Of a stretch of DNA of 64,000 nt, positions 1-9,019 are shown one piece after another. Where the stretch lies: positions 134,354-198,353 of the forward strand of contig JAOUOD010000007.1 in the NCBI GenBank assembly GCA_029880545.1, written 5' to 3'. A program made the translations under genes and the position numbers. The DNA comes from Gammaproteobacteria bacterium. GTDB lineage: Bacteria; Pseudomonadota; Gammaproteobacteria; Acidiferrobacterales; SZUA-150. The first letter of the stretch is position 1. The number at the start of each line of letters is the position of its first letter. The notes beneath the pieces were generated by a model. That model had not been told where the DNA came from and did no database searches. It worked only from the letters and a program-made list of their open reading frames with translations.

Positions 1-768
1 GATCGCATAGGATTTTGGGGTTCCAATGACTTGAGGGAATACCTTGATCAAATGCAATCATTTTCTGATGATAGCAATTTTCGGGAGTTTTATAAACAGA
101 ACGCGAAAACGTACCAAGATCAGATCACGTTTTATCGAGACACGGCAAACATAGCCGGGATGGTCGATTGGCTGGACAAAAACTTTCCCAATTCGAAGAG
201 TTATGACGCGTATAAGGTCATTTTTTCACCGTTGGTTTATGGTACCCAAAACGCTGCATGGTTCGAAAGCAATGGTTTCAAGGAGCTCCAGGCGCATGTC
301 AACTTTCCTTACCCTTGGGAACGCAAGGACAAGTCCGGCAGAAAGATTAAAATGAAAAAGAAAACCGATACACTTTTACGGACTGTAACGGTTTTCACAG
401 AAATTAATCACGGCTACATTAACCCGGAAGCCGAAAAATACACGGATCGCATTCTCGAGGCGGCTGCTGATCAAGACAAATGGGTGGATAGAAGTATCAA
501 TCCTTATTATAACGGCGGCATGGCGGTCTTTCTCGAATATATGAATTGGGGGCTGATTGATCTTCTCGCAAATGATCTTCTTCCTGCGGGAGACCATGGC
601 ATTGTGATGGATTCGATTAATAAGCAGATGGTCAAGGGGCGAGGTTTTCGTCAATTCAATGAATTTAGTAAAAATCTTCTGAAGTTGTACCGTAACCGGA
701 AACCGGGTCAGACGATTGCTGATTTATATCCGCAGATCATCGAATGGTTTGAAAACAATAAACCCTGA
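1..768 (+). CDS. hypothetical protein, C-terminal part (frame open to left window edge)
   Basis: Frame 1 has no stop from nt 1 to the stop at 766-768. The track ORF 31..768 starts at an internal TTG, so the gene probably begins upstream of the window. No family motif recognised with confidence. Confidence 0.6.
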   Translation, partial: DRIGFWGSNDLREYLDQMQSFSDDSNFREFYKQNAKTYQDQITFYRDTANIAGMVDWLDKNFPNSKSYDAYKVIFSPLVYGTQNAAWFESNGFKELQAHVNFPYPWERKDKSGRKIKMKKKTDTLLRTVTVFTEINHGYINPEAEKYTDRILEAAADQDKWVDRSINPYYNGGMAVFLEYMNWGLIDLLANDLLPAGDHGIVMDSINKQMVKGRGFRQFNEFSKNLLKLYRNRKPGQTIADLYPQIIEWFENNKP

Positions 769-879
769 TAAACCCATCCGCTAAAGGGGCCGGAGGGATA
801 AAAAAATAGGCAAAAACTGGTTGGTAGCGAGTAATGCGTAACCGCTTCTTCCCTGGAAAATCTGCCTGGTCTACAAGCA

Positions 880-1404
880 ATGACACGAATCAAAACAGAA
901 CGACTGACGCTTCGGCCATTTGTGCTTGCTGATGCCGCGACGGTACAGAGGCTGGCGGGTAATCCGAATGTGTCCAAAACCACGAGGAATATTCCTTATC
1001 CTTATGAGGATGGGATGGCGGAATCCTGGATTGGGGCGATTACCGCCGCCATTGCGCGGGGTGCCATGCTGAGCCTGGCGGTGGAGCGTAATCAAGATGG
1101 CAGTCTGCTGGGTTCGGTGGGTCTGATTTCGATCAAGGATTCGACTGCGGAGATCGGCTACTGGATTGGTGAGCCGTATTGGGGACGCGGCTATTGTACC
1201 GAGGCGGTGAAGGCGATCATCGATCATGCTTTTGATGAGCTTAATCTCATCACTATTATTGCCGAGCATTTAACCGCCAAGCCGGCGTCGGGCAGGGTGA
1301 TGATCAAGGCTGGTATGACCCATATGAAAACGGTGTTCATGGAGTGCCGGGATAGCGTGCGGGCATCGGTGGAGATTTACCAGATAGAGCGCCCCGTGCC
1401 ATAA
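880..1404 (+). CDS. GNAT family N-acetyltransferase (RimJ/RimL-like)
   Basis: 174 aa. The N-terminal TERLTLRPF and the core IGYWIGEPYWGRGYCTEAVKAII are typical of RimJ/RimL-type GNATs. Confidence 0.85.
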   Translation: MTRIKTERLTLRPFVLADAATVQRLAGNPNVSKTTRNIPYPYEDGMAESWIGAITAAIARGAMLSLAVERNQDGSLLGSVGLISIKDSTAEIGYWIGEPYWGRGYCTEAVKAIIDHAFDELNLITIIAEHLTAKPASGRVMIKAGMTHMKTVFMECRDSVRASVEIYQIERPVP

Positions 1405-1527
1405 CGGCTACGAATGCGTGCGCTGTGATCCAGTTCCCAATAAGGCGGATGGGACGGTTTCGCTGCTTGTTTCCCATAATATTCGTACTAATATTTGTGT
1501 GTTACGTACTGAATCGGGAAGGGTGAA

Positions 1528-3357
1528 ATGAATACCAGAAAGTTATCGATCGTAGCAGTATGGGGCGTGATTCTTGGCTATGCCTTTGGCTCGTTCTATT
1601 ACGCGTTTGCGTTCCCCAATTTCAATGCGTACTTGATGGATCTTGCTCAATACAATCAAGTAAACATGCTACCTGTATTTCCATCATTGCCAACACAGCT
1701 GAATGAGCCGATCATTTATCTATGTTGCGCGATACTTTGGTACTTTGGAGCGTTGCGTATCAACCCGGAATTGGGTGCGATCAGGTTCAATAATATCGCG
1801 CAACAGTGGAAGCCATCCCTTGTGCTTGTTTTGTCCGGGTTGGCAATTTTTCTGGCCATCGTGAATTACCCCGGCAGACCCAGTATTACAGGACTGTCCG
1901 AGTTTGTTTTAATGATAGTGATATGCTGGGTGCTGTTGGCCTCCGTACGGAAGGAGGCGCCCGAGTGGGGTGTTAACAAGTCTTCGTTCCTTTACCTGGG
2001 CAATACTGCGACTTTGGGAGTGTTATTCGCCGGGTTTTTGATTGGCGCAATTGCCGTAATTCAAAAAATTTCCGCGTTATACTTTACTGTTCTTGTTGAA
2101 GCTTTCGACAGCTCATTTGAAACCAGCCCGTTTGGCTGGAACGGCATCTATGTTGGTTTCATGCTCGTCTTCACCATATCCGTGGTTGTGGCGATCGAAT
2201 TTGCCGGTGTTTTCCGGCCGGGAGGCTATTCACTGCGTCAGCGCGGCCGGGAAGCGAAGTTTGGCTTGGCCGTTCTCGGCTTTATTGCTGTGTTAATGTT
2301 GGCGATATCGCCTTATGCCACCAGCACGCTTCATGTCTCCAGGGCGGATCTCGCGGAGGCGGCATCACTGGAAGAGACCAGGCCGATGGAATACACCTTG
2401 CTGCGGTTTTGTGGCGACGACGAGTGCTCGCAGCCATATGAATCCGGGCTCAAAACAAAAGGATCGGTGATCCAGACAGGTATGTGGACTCGCCACGTGG
2501 AGGGGGCAACCGGATTTGGTGTGAGAGCTCAACGCGCACCGCTGAATACCAGTGTACCTGCGCAACTTGAACAGTTTGTACTTAACGATGGCAGGCGTAG
2601 CATTTTTCGTAACAGCGCCATTGGCCTGGTTTCTGCCGTTCAACTGTCACTGTGGCAACCTTACGAGGCTTTTCATTCATTGGATAATCTTGAACGGAAG
2701 GGAGGGTTACCTTACGGGTTGCCGCTGTTTCTGCGTATGCAGCATGTGAGCTGGCTGGGCAAGGCGGCGCCGATCACCGACAAGAATCGCCAGGATGTCA
2801 TGGCGTTTTCTGATTCCAGCCGGTTTCATGTCGGTGGGGCTGGTGCAAAGCTGCTTGCTGACGCCTGGCTCAGGTTTGGCAACAAGGAGCGGGCAGCCGA
2901 GTTATACAATATCGCCCGTAACACGGCGAAGTATTCGTTGGAGATTTCCGACAATCCTGCGGTACCGGCGATGAACAACGGACAAATTCATGGAACGATC
3001 AGCGCCACTGACATGTTAGCGAAAGGCGTGCGTATTGGCTTGTTTGTTACTGGTCAAAAAAGACTGCGCAACGGCAAGAAAGCCGACTCCGAACCGGCCA
3101 AGCTAAAATCCGTAATACCTTATCCTGATATGTCCTCTCATCTTGTTGACAGCCAGGAGCTCGCGGAAGACGGCCGTTTCCGATTCACGCACCTGCCTGA
3201 AGGCAGCTACGCACTGGCGCTGCTGGTACCTGCCGATGTTCTGGCTTCAGACGCTGTTCTGGATGGCAACGTGCCCGGCATTATTCGCCTGGAAGCCAAA
3301 AGACCGGTTCTTGATCTTGGCGGCATGCGTTTGCAAAAAAGAAACCCGGATGACTAG
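1528..3357 (+). CDS. hypothetical polytopic membrane protein with large C-terminal soluble region
   Basis: 609 aa. The first ~270 aa contain several long hydrophobic segments. The C-terminus (GRFRFTHLPEGSYALALLVPAD) resembles a carboxypeptidase-regulatory-like beta-sandwich. There is a GAAGGG Shine-Dalgarno-like motif before the ATG. Confidence 0.65.
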   Translation: MNTRKLSIVAVWGVILGYAFGSFYYAFAFPNFNAYLMDLAQYNQVNMLPVFPSLPTQLNEPIIYLCCAILWYFGALRINPELGAIRFNNIAQQWKPSLVLVLSGLAIFLAIVNYPGRPSITGLSEFVLMIVICWVLLASVRKEAPEWGVNKSSFLYLGNTATLGVLFAGFLIGAIAVIQKISALYFTVLVEAFDSSFETSPFGWNGIYVGFMLVFTISVVVAIEFAGVFRPGGYSLRQRGREAKFGLAVLGFIAVLMLAISPYATSTLHVSRADLAEAASLEETRPMEYTLLRFCGDDECSQPYESGLKTKGSVIQTGMWTRHVEGATGFGVRAQRAPLNTSVPAQLEQFVLNDGRRSIFRNSAIGLVSAVQLSLWQPYEAFHSLDNLERKGGLPYGLPLFLRMQHVSWLGKAAPITDKNRQDVMAFSDSSRFHVGGAGAKLLADAWLRFGNKERAAELYNIARNTAKYSLEISDNPAVPAMNNGQIHGTISATDMLAKGVRIGLFVTGQKRLRNGKKADSEPAKLKSVIPYPDMSSHLVDSQELAEDGRFRFTHLPEGSYALALLVPADVLASDAVLDGNVPGIIRLEAKRPVLDLGGMRLQKRNPDD

Positions 3358-3391
3358 AATGTTTTCAAACACTGGAACAAGCGGGCTGAGC

Positions 3392-3437
3392 GGGTCGGAC
3401 CAGCGTAAGCTTATGTTTCTCTGTTTAAAACCATTCA
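3392..3437. repeat. solo left end (~46 bp) of the 277-bp TIR repeat family
   Basis: GGGTCGGACCAGCGTAAGCTTATGTTTCTCTGTTTAAAACCATTC matches the left ends of the copies at 5975 and 10987. The shared flank GCTGAGC precedes it, as in copy A. Similarity stops after ~46 bp. Confidence 0.7.
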
Positions 3438-3558
3438 ATTAAACAAACGGGGTCTAAACAATCGGGATCAGATCACAGTTTTCTCTAATGCAGGAGTTAT
3501 TTCTGATCCCAGACCGGTTTCGTGCAGCTGGTCGGTTTTTTCTGAGCGGAGGTGTTCA

Positions 3559-4047
3559 ATGAATGAATGGGGAAAATGGCAGTTAATCAAGGCCGGGTTC
3601 TGGCTTGGCATTGGTTTTATTGTTCCTTCAGCAGCGGTCCTGCTGGCGACCACTGTTGGCAGTGTGTGGATAATGCCGACAGCAATGGAGGCTTCCGGCT
3701 GGATGGGTGGTGAGGATGCAACGGATATGACCGAAGATTTTCGGTCACGATACGACAAGAGTGATCAAGTCAGGATTGTCTCCTATCGCGAGACCAGGAC
3801 CGGGAACCGCTTGCTGGTCTTGGGCGAGATTGAAAATGCAGGCAAGGGCAATGTGACGTCGGTCCACCTGGAAGCAGAGCTGAAGGACAAGAATGGAAAG
3901 TTTGTCTATGAGTGTTCGGACTACATCAACCGGAAGCTGGCGTCCGGTGATAAAGAGAACTTCCAGATCAGTTGTGGCTGTGGCAGTAACCCGTTACCTG
4001 AGTACGCGACAGTAGATGTTCGGGTGGTGAGTGCCAACAGTTTTTAG
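3559..4047 (+). CDS. hypothetical membrane-anchored protein
   Basis: 162 aa. GGAGG lies 6 nt upstream of the ATG. One N-terminal TM segment (LIKAGFWLGIGFIVPSAAVLLA) is followed by a ~100-aa beta-rich domain. Confidence 0.65.
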   Translation: MNEWGKWQLIKAGFWLGIGFIVPSAAVLLATTVGSVWIMPTAMEASGWMGGEDATDMTEDFRSRYDKSDQVRIVSYRETRTGNRLLVLGEIENAGKGNVTSVHLEAELKDKNGKFVYECSDYINRKLASGDKENFQISCGCGSNPLPEYATVDVRVVSANSF

Positions 4048-4169
4048 AAATAGTCTGGTCGATATATCAGCGGTATCCGACTGGTTCATTGGCCGTAATC
4101 CGGCCATGGAATATTTAATATATATTGGCTAATTTCATTATGAAAATAACAATGTTGAGAGGAGTGGGT

Positions 4170-4649
4170 ATGACCATGGGATTGCGAGTTATTTCATTGA
4201 TGGCCCTTCTATTTATTGGCGGAATGACTGCATCATGCAGTGAGAAAGACGATGTGGAGTATAATGGAGCGAAATACAATGTTGGTGTTTTATGGGATTT
4301 TTATAGCAATGATTTGATGATTCATATTATCCAAAGAGAGACTTATGAATGTTATAACTATCAAATACGTCACAATATTCGATCAAATGGCTCATTTTAC
4401 GAAATAGATCTTGGAGGATCGTATTTTTCGGGTGGTGCATGCTGGTTCATGATGGGGCCTGCGCACATAACGGTTCCACTGGGCCCATTACCGGATGGAG
4501 ACTATGTATTCCAGTTTACGAACAATGGATATGGAAATCCTTACTATATGGATACGTATCAGGTTAACATTCAGGGAGATACAATTACTACAACCCCTGC
4601 ATTCGGCGAATTTACATACGCGATGTATCCAGTCTTTGCCAGGCCGTAA
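4170..4649 (+). CDS. hypothetical lipoprotein
   Basis: Track ORF 4125..4649. The preferred start is the ATG at 4170, preceded by AGGAG. The signal peptide ends in the lipobox-like GGMTAS-C. The gene is visibly more AT-rich than its neighbours. Confidence 0.6.
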   Translation: MTMGLRVISLMALLFIGGMTASCSEKDDVEYNGAKYNVGVLWDFYSNDLMIHIIQRETYECYNYQIRHNIRSNGSFYEIDLGGSYFSGGACWFMMGPAHITVPLGPLPDGDYVFQFTNNGYGNPYYMDTYQVNIQGDTITTTPAFGEFTYAMYPVFARP

Positions 4650-5005
4650 TAAAAGGTAACGAATGGGGCGGGATTGGTGAATGGCGGGTATCAAACGTAA
4701 TAAAAAGGAACGGAGGGATTAAGCGTTAAGCAGCTGGAATGCTGCCCATTTTTTAATCCCGCCGTCCCCATTAGCTCCCCCATTAGTTTCGGGAGGCGCA
4801 CGAAACAGGCTCTCTTTTTATCCCCAGATAATCGCTAAAAAGCGCCATATTCCGCCACTTTTCCCTGAAATCGGCGTAAATCTGGAACATTTCCAGACGA
4901 ATCAAATAGTCGAGACAGCAAAATACATGCTGCTATACTCTGGGTTGTGCAACAGGGTTGTACCAAAAATTACATAAATTCAATAACTTGCTGAGGCTGG
5001 GTCAC

Positions 5006-5818
5006 ATGAGTAACCGTACCAAATATATCGCACTATCCATCGCCTGTGTTGTTGCAGGCCTGATCTACGCGGGCATGAGCTATATGCCCTCCGCTGAGCA
5101 GAAGGCTGCTGAAGCGCTATACGGGTCTGACCCCAACAAAATATTTGGCAAGGTGACAGAAATCATTGATGTTACCGGTTATACCTATGCCGAGATTGAT
5201 ACCGGCGATAACAAGGTATGGGCGGCAGGTCCGACTACGCCATTAAAAAAGGGTGACATTGTCGCCATTACAAAAGAAATGGTGATGGAAAATTATCAGA
5301 GTAAAACCCTGGGGCGCAGCTTTCCCATGATTTATTTTGTCGGCCAATACATTACTGATGCAAAGGCAGATGCAGGTACATCATCCGCACCAGCAGCTGC
5401 ACCAGCACCAGCACCAGCAGCAGCATCCGCAGCCGCAGCCGCAGCCGCAGCCGCAGCCGCAGCCGCACCGGCATCACCGCATGCCAATATCAATCAGCCG
5501 GCGACGACACCTGTTAAAGGCGTTAACAAGCTTGATGGCGGCCGTACTATTGCCGATATTATTGCTGGTAAAAAAGGTCTCAACGGTAAAACAGTACGCT
5601 TGCGTGGCAAGGTTACCAAGTTTTCTTCCAACATCATGGGCAAGAACTGGGTACACGTTCAGGACAGCAGTACCCTTGATGATTTGACTGTTACTACCAA
5701 AAACAACGTGACAGTAGGCGATGTTGTTATTGTTGAGGGAAAACTTGAGCTGGATAAGGATTATGGCTACGGTTACTTGTACCCGATTATTGTTGAGAAT
5801 GCAGTGATTACCAAGTAG
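5006..5818 (+). CDS. hypothetical membrane-anchored/secreted protein with two similar beta-rich domains joined by an Ala/Pro linker
   Basis: Track ORF 4958..5818. The likely start is the ATG at 5006 (MSNRTKYIALSIACVVAGLIY, an anchor or signal). Two domains flank a ~45-aa linker, APAAAPAPAPAAASAAAAAAAAAAAAAPASP. Confidence 0.7.
   Translation: MSNRTKYIALSIACVVAGLIYAGMSYMPSAEQKAAEALYGSDPNKIFGKVTEIIDVTGYTYAEIDTGDNKVWAAGPTTPLKKGDIVAITKEMVMENYQSKTLGRSFPMIYFVGQYITDAKADAGTSSAPAAAPAPAPAAASAAAAAAAAAAAAAPASPHANINQPATTPVKGVNKLDGGRTIADIIAGKKGLNGKTVRLRGKVTKFSSNIMGKNWVHVQDSSTLDDLTVTTKNNVTVGDVVIVEGKLELDKDYGYGYLYPIIVENAVITK
5427..5462 (+). repeat. perfect hexanucleotide tandem repeat (CCGCAG)x6 inside the Ala-rich linker
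   Basis: CCGCAG is repeated six times without interruption and is preceded by degenerate CACCAG/CAGCAG units. It is in frame and encodes poly-Ala. Confidence 0.9.
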
Positions 5819-5877
5819 TTGTTTTTGCATAACGCGCGCAAAAGGTGGCGGAGAGATTAAGTATTCAGAAAAGAGGT

Positions 5878-5908
5878 CAGCATCCTTTCTGTCACCGAAA
5901 GGATGCTG
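5878..5908 (+). terminator. strong hairpin downstream of 5006..5818 (possible terminator, no U-tract)
   Basis: CAGCATCCTTTC (loop TGTCACC) GAAAGGATGCTG forms a 12-bp perfect stem. It is not followed by a T-run, so intrinsic-terminator status is uncertain. Confidence 0.35.
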
Positions 5909-5936
5909 GCCCGATTCGCCAAGCGCTTAGTGCCGC

Positions 5937-6251
5937 TGAGCGCGCTGAGCGGGTCGGACCTGAGCGCGCTGAGCGGGTCGGACCGGCGCAAGCTCCTGTT
6001 TATCTGTTAAAAACCATTCCAAAACGAGCAATGTGTTGGCTTAAAAGGTGTGTTTCGTACACAAAATACCGCCTCTAAGCTGAACTTGGCTGTGCAGCGC
6101 TTCGGCAGGCGTGTCTGCAATCATGTTGAAAAATCCACCCCGGTAAGCCAGACCACCCATTTTGACGTTGAAATAGCACGTTTAAGCGGAAAATAGGCCA
6201 TGTTTTTTTCAAATAAATCATTTATATTAAGAAGTTAGACAGGTCCGACCC
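5937..6251 (+). repeat. 277-bp MITE-like intergenic repeat, copy A (5975-6251), plus a tandem 24-bp duplication of its left end (5937-5960)
   Basis: GGGTCGGACC at 5975-5984 and its reverse complement GGTCCGACCC at 6242-6251 bound 277 bp. The unit TGAGCGCGCTGAGCGGGTCGGACC occurs twice in tandem (5937-5960 and 5961-5984). By hand alignment it is ~87% identical to copy B, ungapped. Confidence 0.8.
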
Positions 6252-6356
6252 CACAAGACCCGCATTACTCACGTTTAGCACAGACATATAGTGATGCGGC
6301 TTCGTCGATAGATCGTTCAGATTAAATTCAGGTTAAAGAAGGCAGAATAGCAACCA

Positions 6357-7121
6357 ATGACTACAACCTACAACACCACGAAAGCCGCGCACGGGTATGA
6401 CAAGGCGCGCGCTATCCCTGCCGGCAGCATTAGGCAGTGGATGGATTTTCTGCTGGTGTCGATCAACAGGGATGCGGTTGATTCGGTGATTGACCTGGGT
6501 TGTGGCACCGGTCGGTTCAGTCGAAGCCTGGCGGAGTCATACCAGTGTCCGGTGCTGGCAATAGACCCGTCTGAGCCGATGCTGGAGCAAGGCAGGCAAT
6601 CAGCATCGGCCGGGCTGGATATTACCTGGTTGGCGGGCTCCACGGAGGCGATTCCTGCAAGTGATTATTCGACTGACCTCGTCTGGATGTCGCAGGTATT
6701 TCACCATATAGACAACACCGACACGGCTTTTGCCGAAATCAACCGGGTACTGACGCCAACGGGCTACCTGGCTATTCGAAATGGTGTGATTGATCACCTG
6801 GATGACATGCCTTGGTTTCAATGTTTCCCCGAGGCAGAGGCAATAGAGCGAAGTCGACTCATGACGCAGGAACAAATAGTCTCCCTGGTCTGTAGTTTTG
6901 GCTTCCGGCCTTGCTCCCGGGTACGACACTATCAATACTCGTCCAGTAATTACCGGGAACACGCCGACAAGATTAGCGCCAGGGGATTGTCGTCGTTGAT
7001 CGCCATTAGTGATGAGGCTTTCGAGCGCGGAGTTGAGCGATTGCGAGCCTGGGTAGCGGAACGACCCGAAACAGAGCCGGTATACGAGCCGGCGGATTTG
7101 CTGCTATTTCAGAAACTGTGA
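6357..7121 (+). CDS. class I SAM-dependent methyltransferase
   Basis: 254 aa. It has the SAM-binding motif I VIDLGCGTGRFS and the post-I acidic residue (LAIDPS). Confidence 0.85.
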   Translation: MTTTYNTTKAAHGYDKARAIPAGSIRQWMDFLLVSINRDAVDSVIDLGCGTGRFSRSLAESYQCPVLAIDPSEPMLEQGRQSASAGLDITWLAGSTEAIPASDYSTDLVWMSQVFHHIDNTDTAFAEINRVLTPTGYLAIRNGVIDHLDDMPWFQCFPEAEAIERSRLMTQEQIVSLVCSFGFRPCSRVRHYQYSSSNYREHADKISARGLSSLIAISDEAFERGVERLRAWVAERPETEPVYEPADLLLFQKL

Positions 7122-7252
7122 AGCTAACGAGCATTTGAAATCGTATTGTCGAGCAATACAGTCTGACGGCGATTGCCCTGAAACCGGAGGTTTCGGCTCC
7201 CAGGCATCGGTTATAGAATGTGCAAACGATTTCGTAATGGAGAAAAACAATA

Positions 7253-8122
7253 ATGCAACGGAAACCGGTTGAATTCACATCGGCAGATGAAACCATTGTC
7301 GGGGAGCTGTACCTGCCGGACGGCGAGGTGACTAATGCGCCCGCGATCGTGCTGTGTCACGGTTTTGCCGGGGTGAAGGAGTTGTTGTTGCCGGCGTTCG
7401 CGGAGTATTTCGCCAGCGCGGGTTTTGTGGCGCTGGCGTTTGATTACCGGGGCTTTGGCGGCAGTGGTGGTGAGCCAGGTCGGCTGGTGCCCGCGCTCCA
7501 GGTCGAAGACATCAGGAACGCGGTGTCGTTTGTTTCCGGCCTCGACGAGGTGGATGCCGGTCGCATCGGGCTTTGGGGTACATCATTTGGTGGCGCCAAC
7601 GCCATTGTTACCGCGGCCGAAGATGACCGCGTGAAGGCGTTGTCGGTGCAGCTGACCTTTGCCGATGGTGAGCGGGTGATTACATCGGCCATGAGTGAGG
7701 AAGAAAAAGCCAAGTTCCTGGCGATGATTGAAAAGATGGAGCAGAAGAAGCAGGCCACCGGCAAGGAAATGATGGTACCCATTGTCAAGGTTTTGAGCGA
7801 TGAGCAGTCCAGGGCATTCTATGATGAGTATGCCGGTCAGTTTGACGCGCTCAATATCAAGATACCGTTCCTGACGGTTGCCGAGACCCTGAAGCTGAAA
7901 CCGATCAATGCACTGCCTGACGTGAAGGTGCCAATCCTGGTTGTTGCAGCCACGGACGACAGTGTTAACCCGGTATCCGAATCGCACGCACTTTTTGAAG
8001 CGGCGAACGAGCCCAAGGAACTGCTTGAGTTGGCGGGTGCCACGCATTACGAAGTATACAAGGGCAAGCCGTTTGAGCAGGTTGCTGCCAGGCAGGTGGA
8101 GTGGTTCCGGACATATTTATAG
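7253..8122 (+). CDS. alpha/beta hydrolase (dienelactone-hydrolase-like)
   Basis: 289 aa. It has HGFAG, the nucleophile elbow GLWGTSFGG, and a C-terminal D...H (AATDDSV, GATHYEVY). Confidence 0.8.
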   Translation: MQRKPVEFTSADETIVGELYLPDGEVTNAPAIVLCHGFAGVKELLLPAFAEYFASAGFVALAFDYRGFGGSGGEPGRLVPALQVEDIRNAVSFVSGLDEVDAGRIGLWGTSFGGANAIVTAAEDDRVKALSVQLTFADGERVITSAMSEEEKAKFLAMIEKMEQKKQATGKEMMVPIVKVLSDEQSRAFYDEYAGQFDALNIKIPFLTVAETLKLKPINALPDVKVPILVVAATDDSVNPVSESHALFEAANEPKELLELAGATHYEVYKGKPFEQVAARQVEWFRTYL

Positions 8123-8179
8123 GATGCGCATAAGCAATGGCCGTCGCCTCGCAGGCAGTCCGGCACGCGGATTAACGAA

Positions 8180-8944
8180 TTGGACATGGACAAACATCGA
8201 CAGCCTTACCGTAACTACGATGCCTTCGCCCGTGTGTATAACACGCACTGGGGGCCGAGGTATGGTGATGCGGCGATGCCCGTGCTCGAGTGCTTGCTCG
8301 GTGATCGCCTCAAGGAAGGCAAAAACATACTTGATCCATGTTGTGGCACTGGCCATGTGAGTCAGCGCCTTATCGAAGCAGGTCATGCCGTGGTCGGGAT
8401 TGATGGTTCCGGCCAGCTGCTGGAGCTTGCCCGTGACAATGCGCCGACTGCTGATTTCCGTTGTGCGGATGCCAGGGATTTTTATCTCGATACACCCCAG
8501 GATATCGTGATCTGTCTTAATGACAGCTTAAACCACGTTTTATCCGTAACAGAGCTGGCGCAGGTTTTCCGGTGTGTGTTTGAGGCGTTGGCGCCGGGCG
8601 GATGTTTTCTTTTTGACCTCAACCTGGAACACAAGTACTTGTCGTGGCAGTGGAACCATTCCTTTGTCGAAGATGACCTGGTGTGCGTAATCCACGCCAA
8701 TGCGGACGTATCCGCAAGAGCCGCGTCGTTCAAGGCGATCGTATTCGAACGAGCAGCGGACAATGCCTGGAGTCGGCAGGATGTTGAGCTGGACCAGACC
8801 TGGTATGACCTTGACGAGGTGACCGCCTTGCTCGAGTCTGCCGGGTTCCGGAATGTTGAATGCCTGACCCATGAGGGCAAGCCCGTGAGTTTGGAGACAG
8901 GCAAGGCGTTCTTTAGCGCATTAAAACCTGGTTCGCATGACTAG
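8180..8944 (+). CDS. class I SAM-dependent methyltransferase
   Basis: 254 aa. Motif I is ILDPCCGTGHVS. The start could be the TTG at 8180 or the ATG at 8186. Confidence 0.85.
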   Translation: MDMDKHRQPYRNYDAFARVYNTHWGPRYGDAAMPVLECLLGDRLKEGKNILDPCCGTGHVSQRLIEAGHAVVGIDGSGQLLELARDNAPTADFRCADARDFYLDTPQDIVICLNDSLNHVLSVTELAQVFRCVFEALAPGGCFLFDLNLEHKYLSWQWNHSFVEDDLVCVIHANADVSARAASFKAIVFERAADNAWSRQDVELDQTWYDLDEVTALLESAGFRNVECLTHEGKPVSLETGKAFFSALKPGSHD

Positions 8945-9019
8945 AATGGAGATCATTATCCATAGTGGCGAAGTATCCGGGGGCTGGCCGATAGGATTAT
9001 TGCGCTAGATCGACAGAAC

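Noticed and set aside
5337-5687. Track ORF with a (QP)n/(HQ)n low-complexity product.
   Set aside because: It is an alternative-frame reading of the (CCGCAG)n/(CACCAG)n repeat inside the better-supported 5006..5818 gene. It has no independent start context.
6020-6170. A ~39-codon minus-strand ORF inside the 277-bp repeat (MGGLAYRGGFFNMIADTPAEALHSQVQLRGGILCTKHTF).
   Set aside because: In copy B the same frame stops earlier. The substitutions between copies are mostly non-synonymous, which is inconsistent with a conserved peptide.
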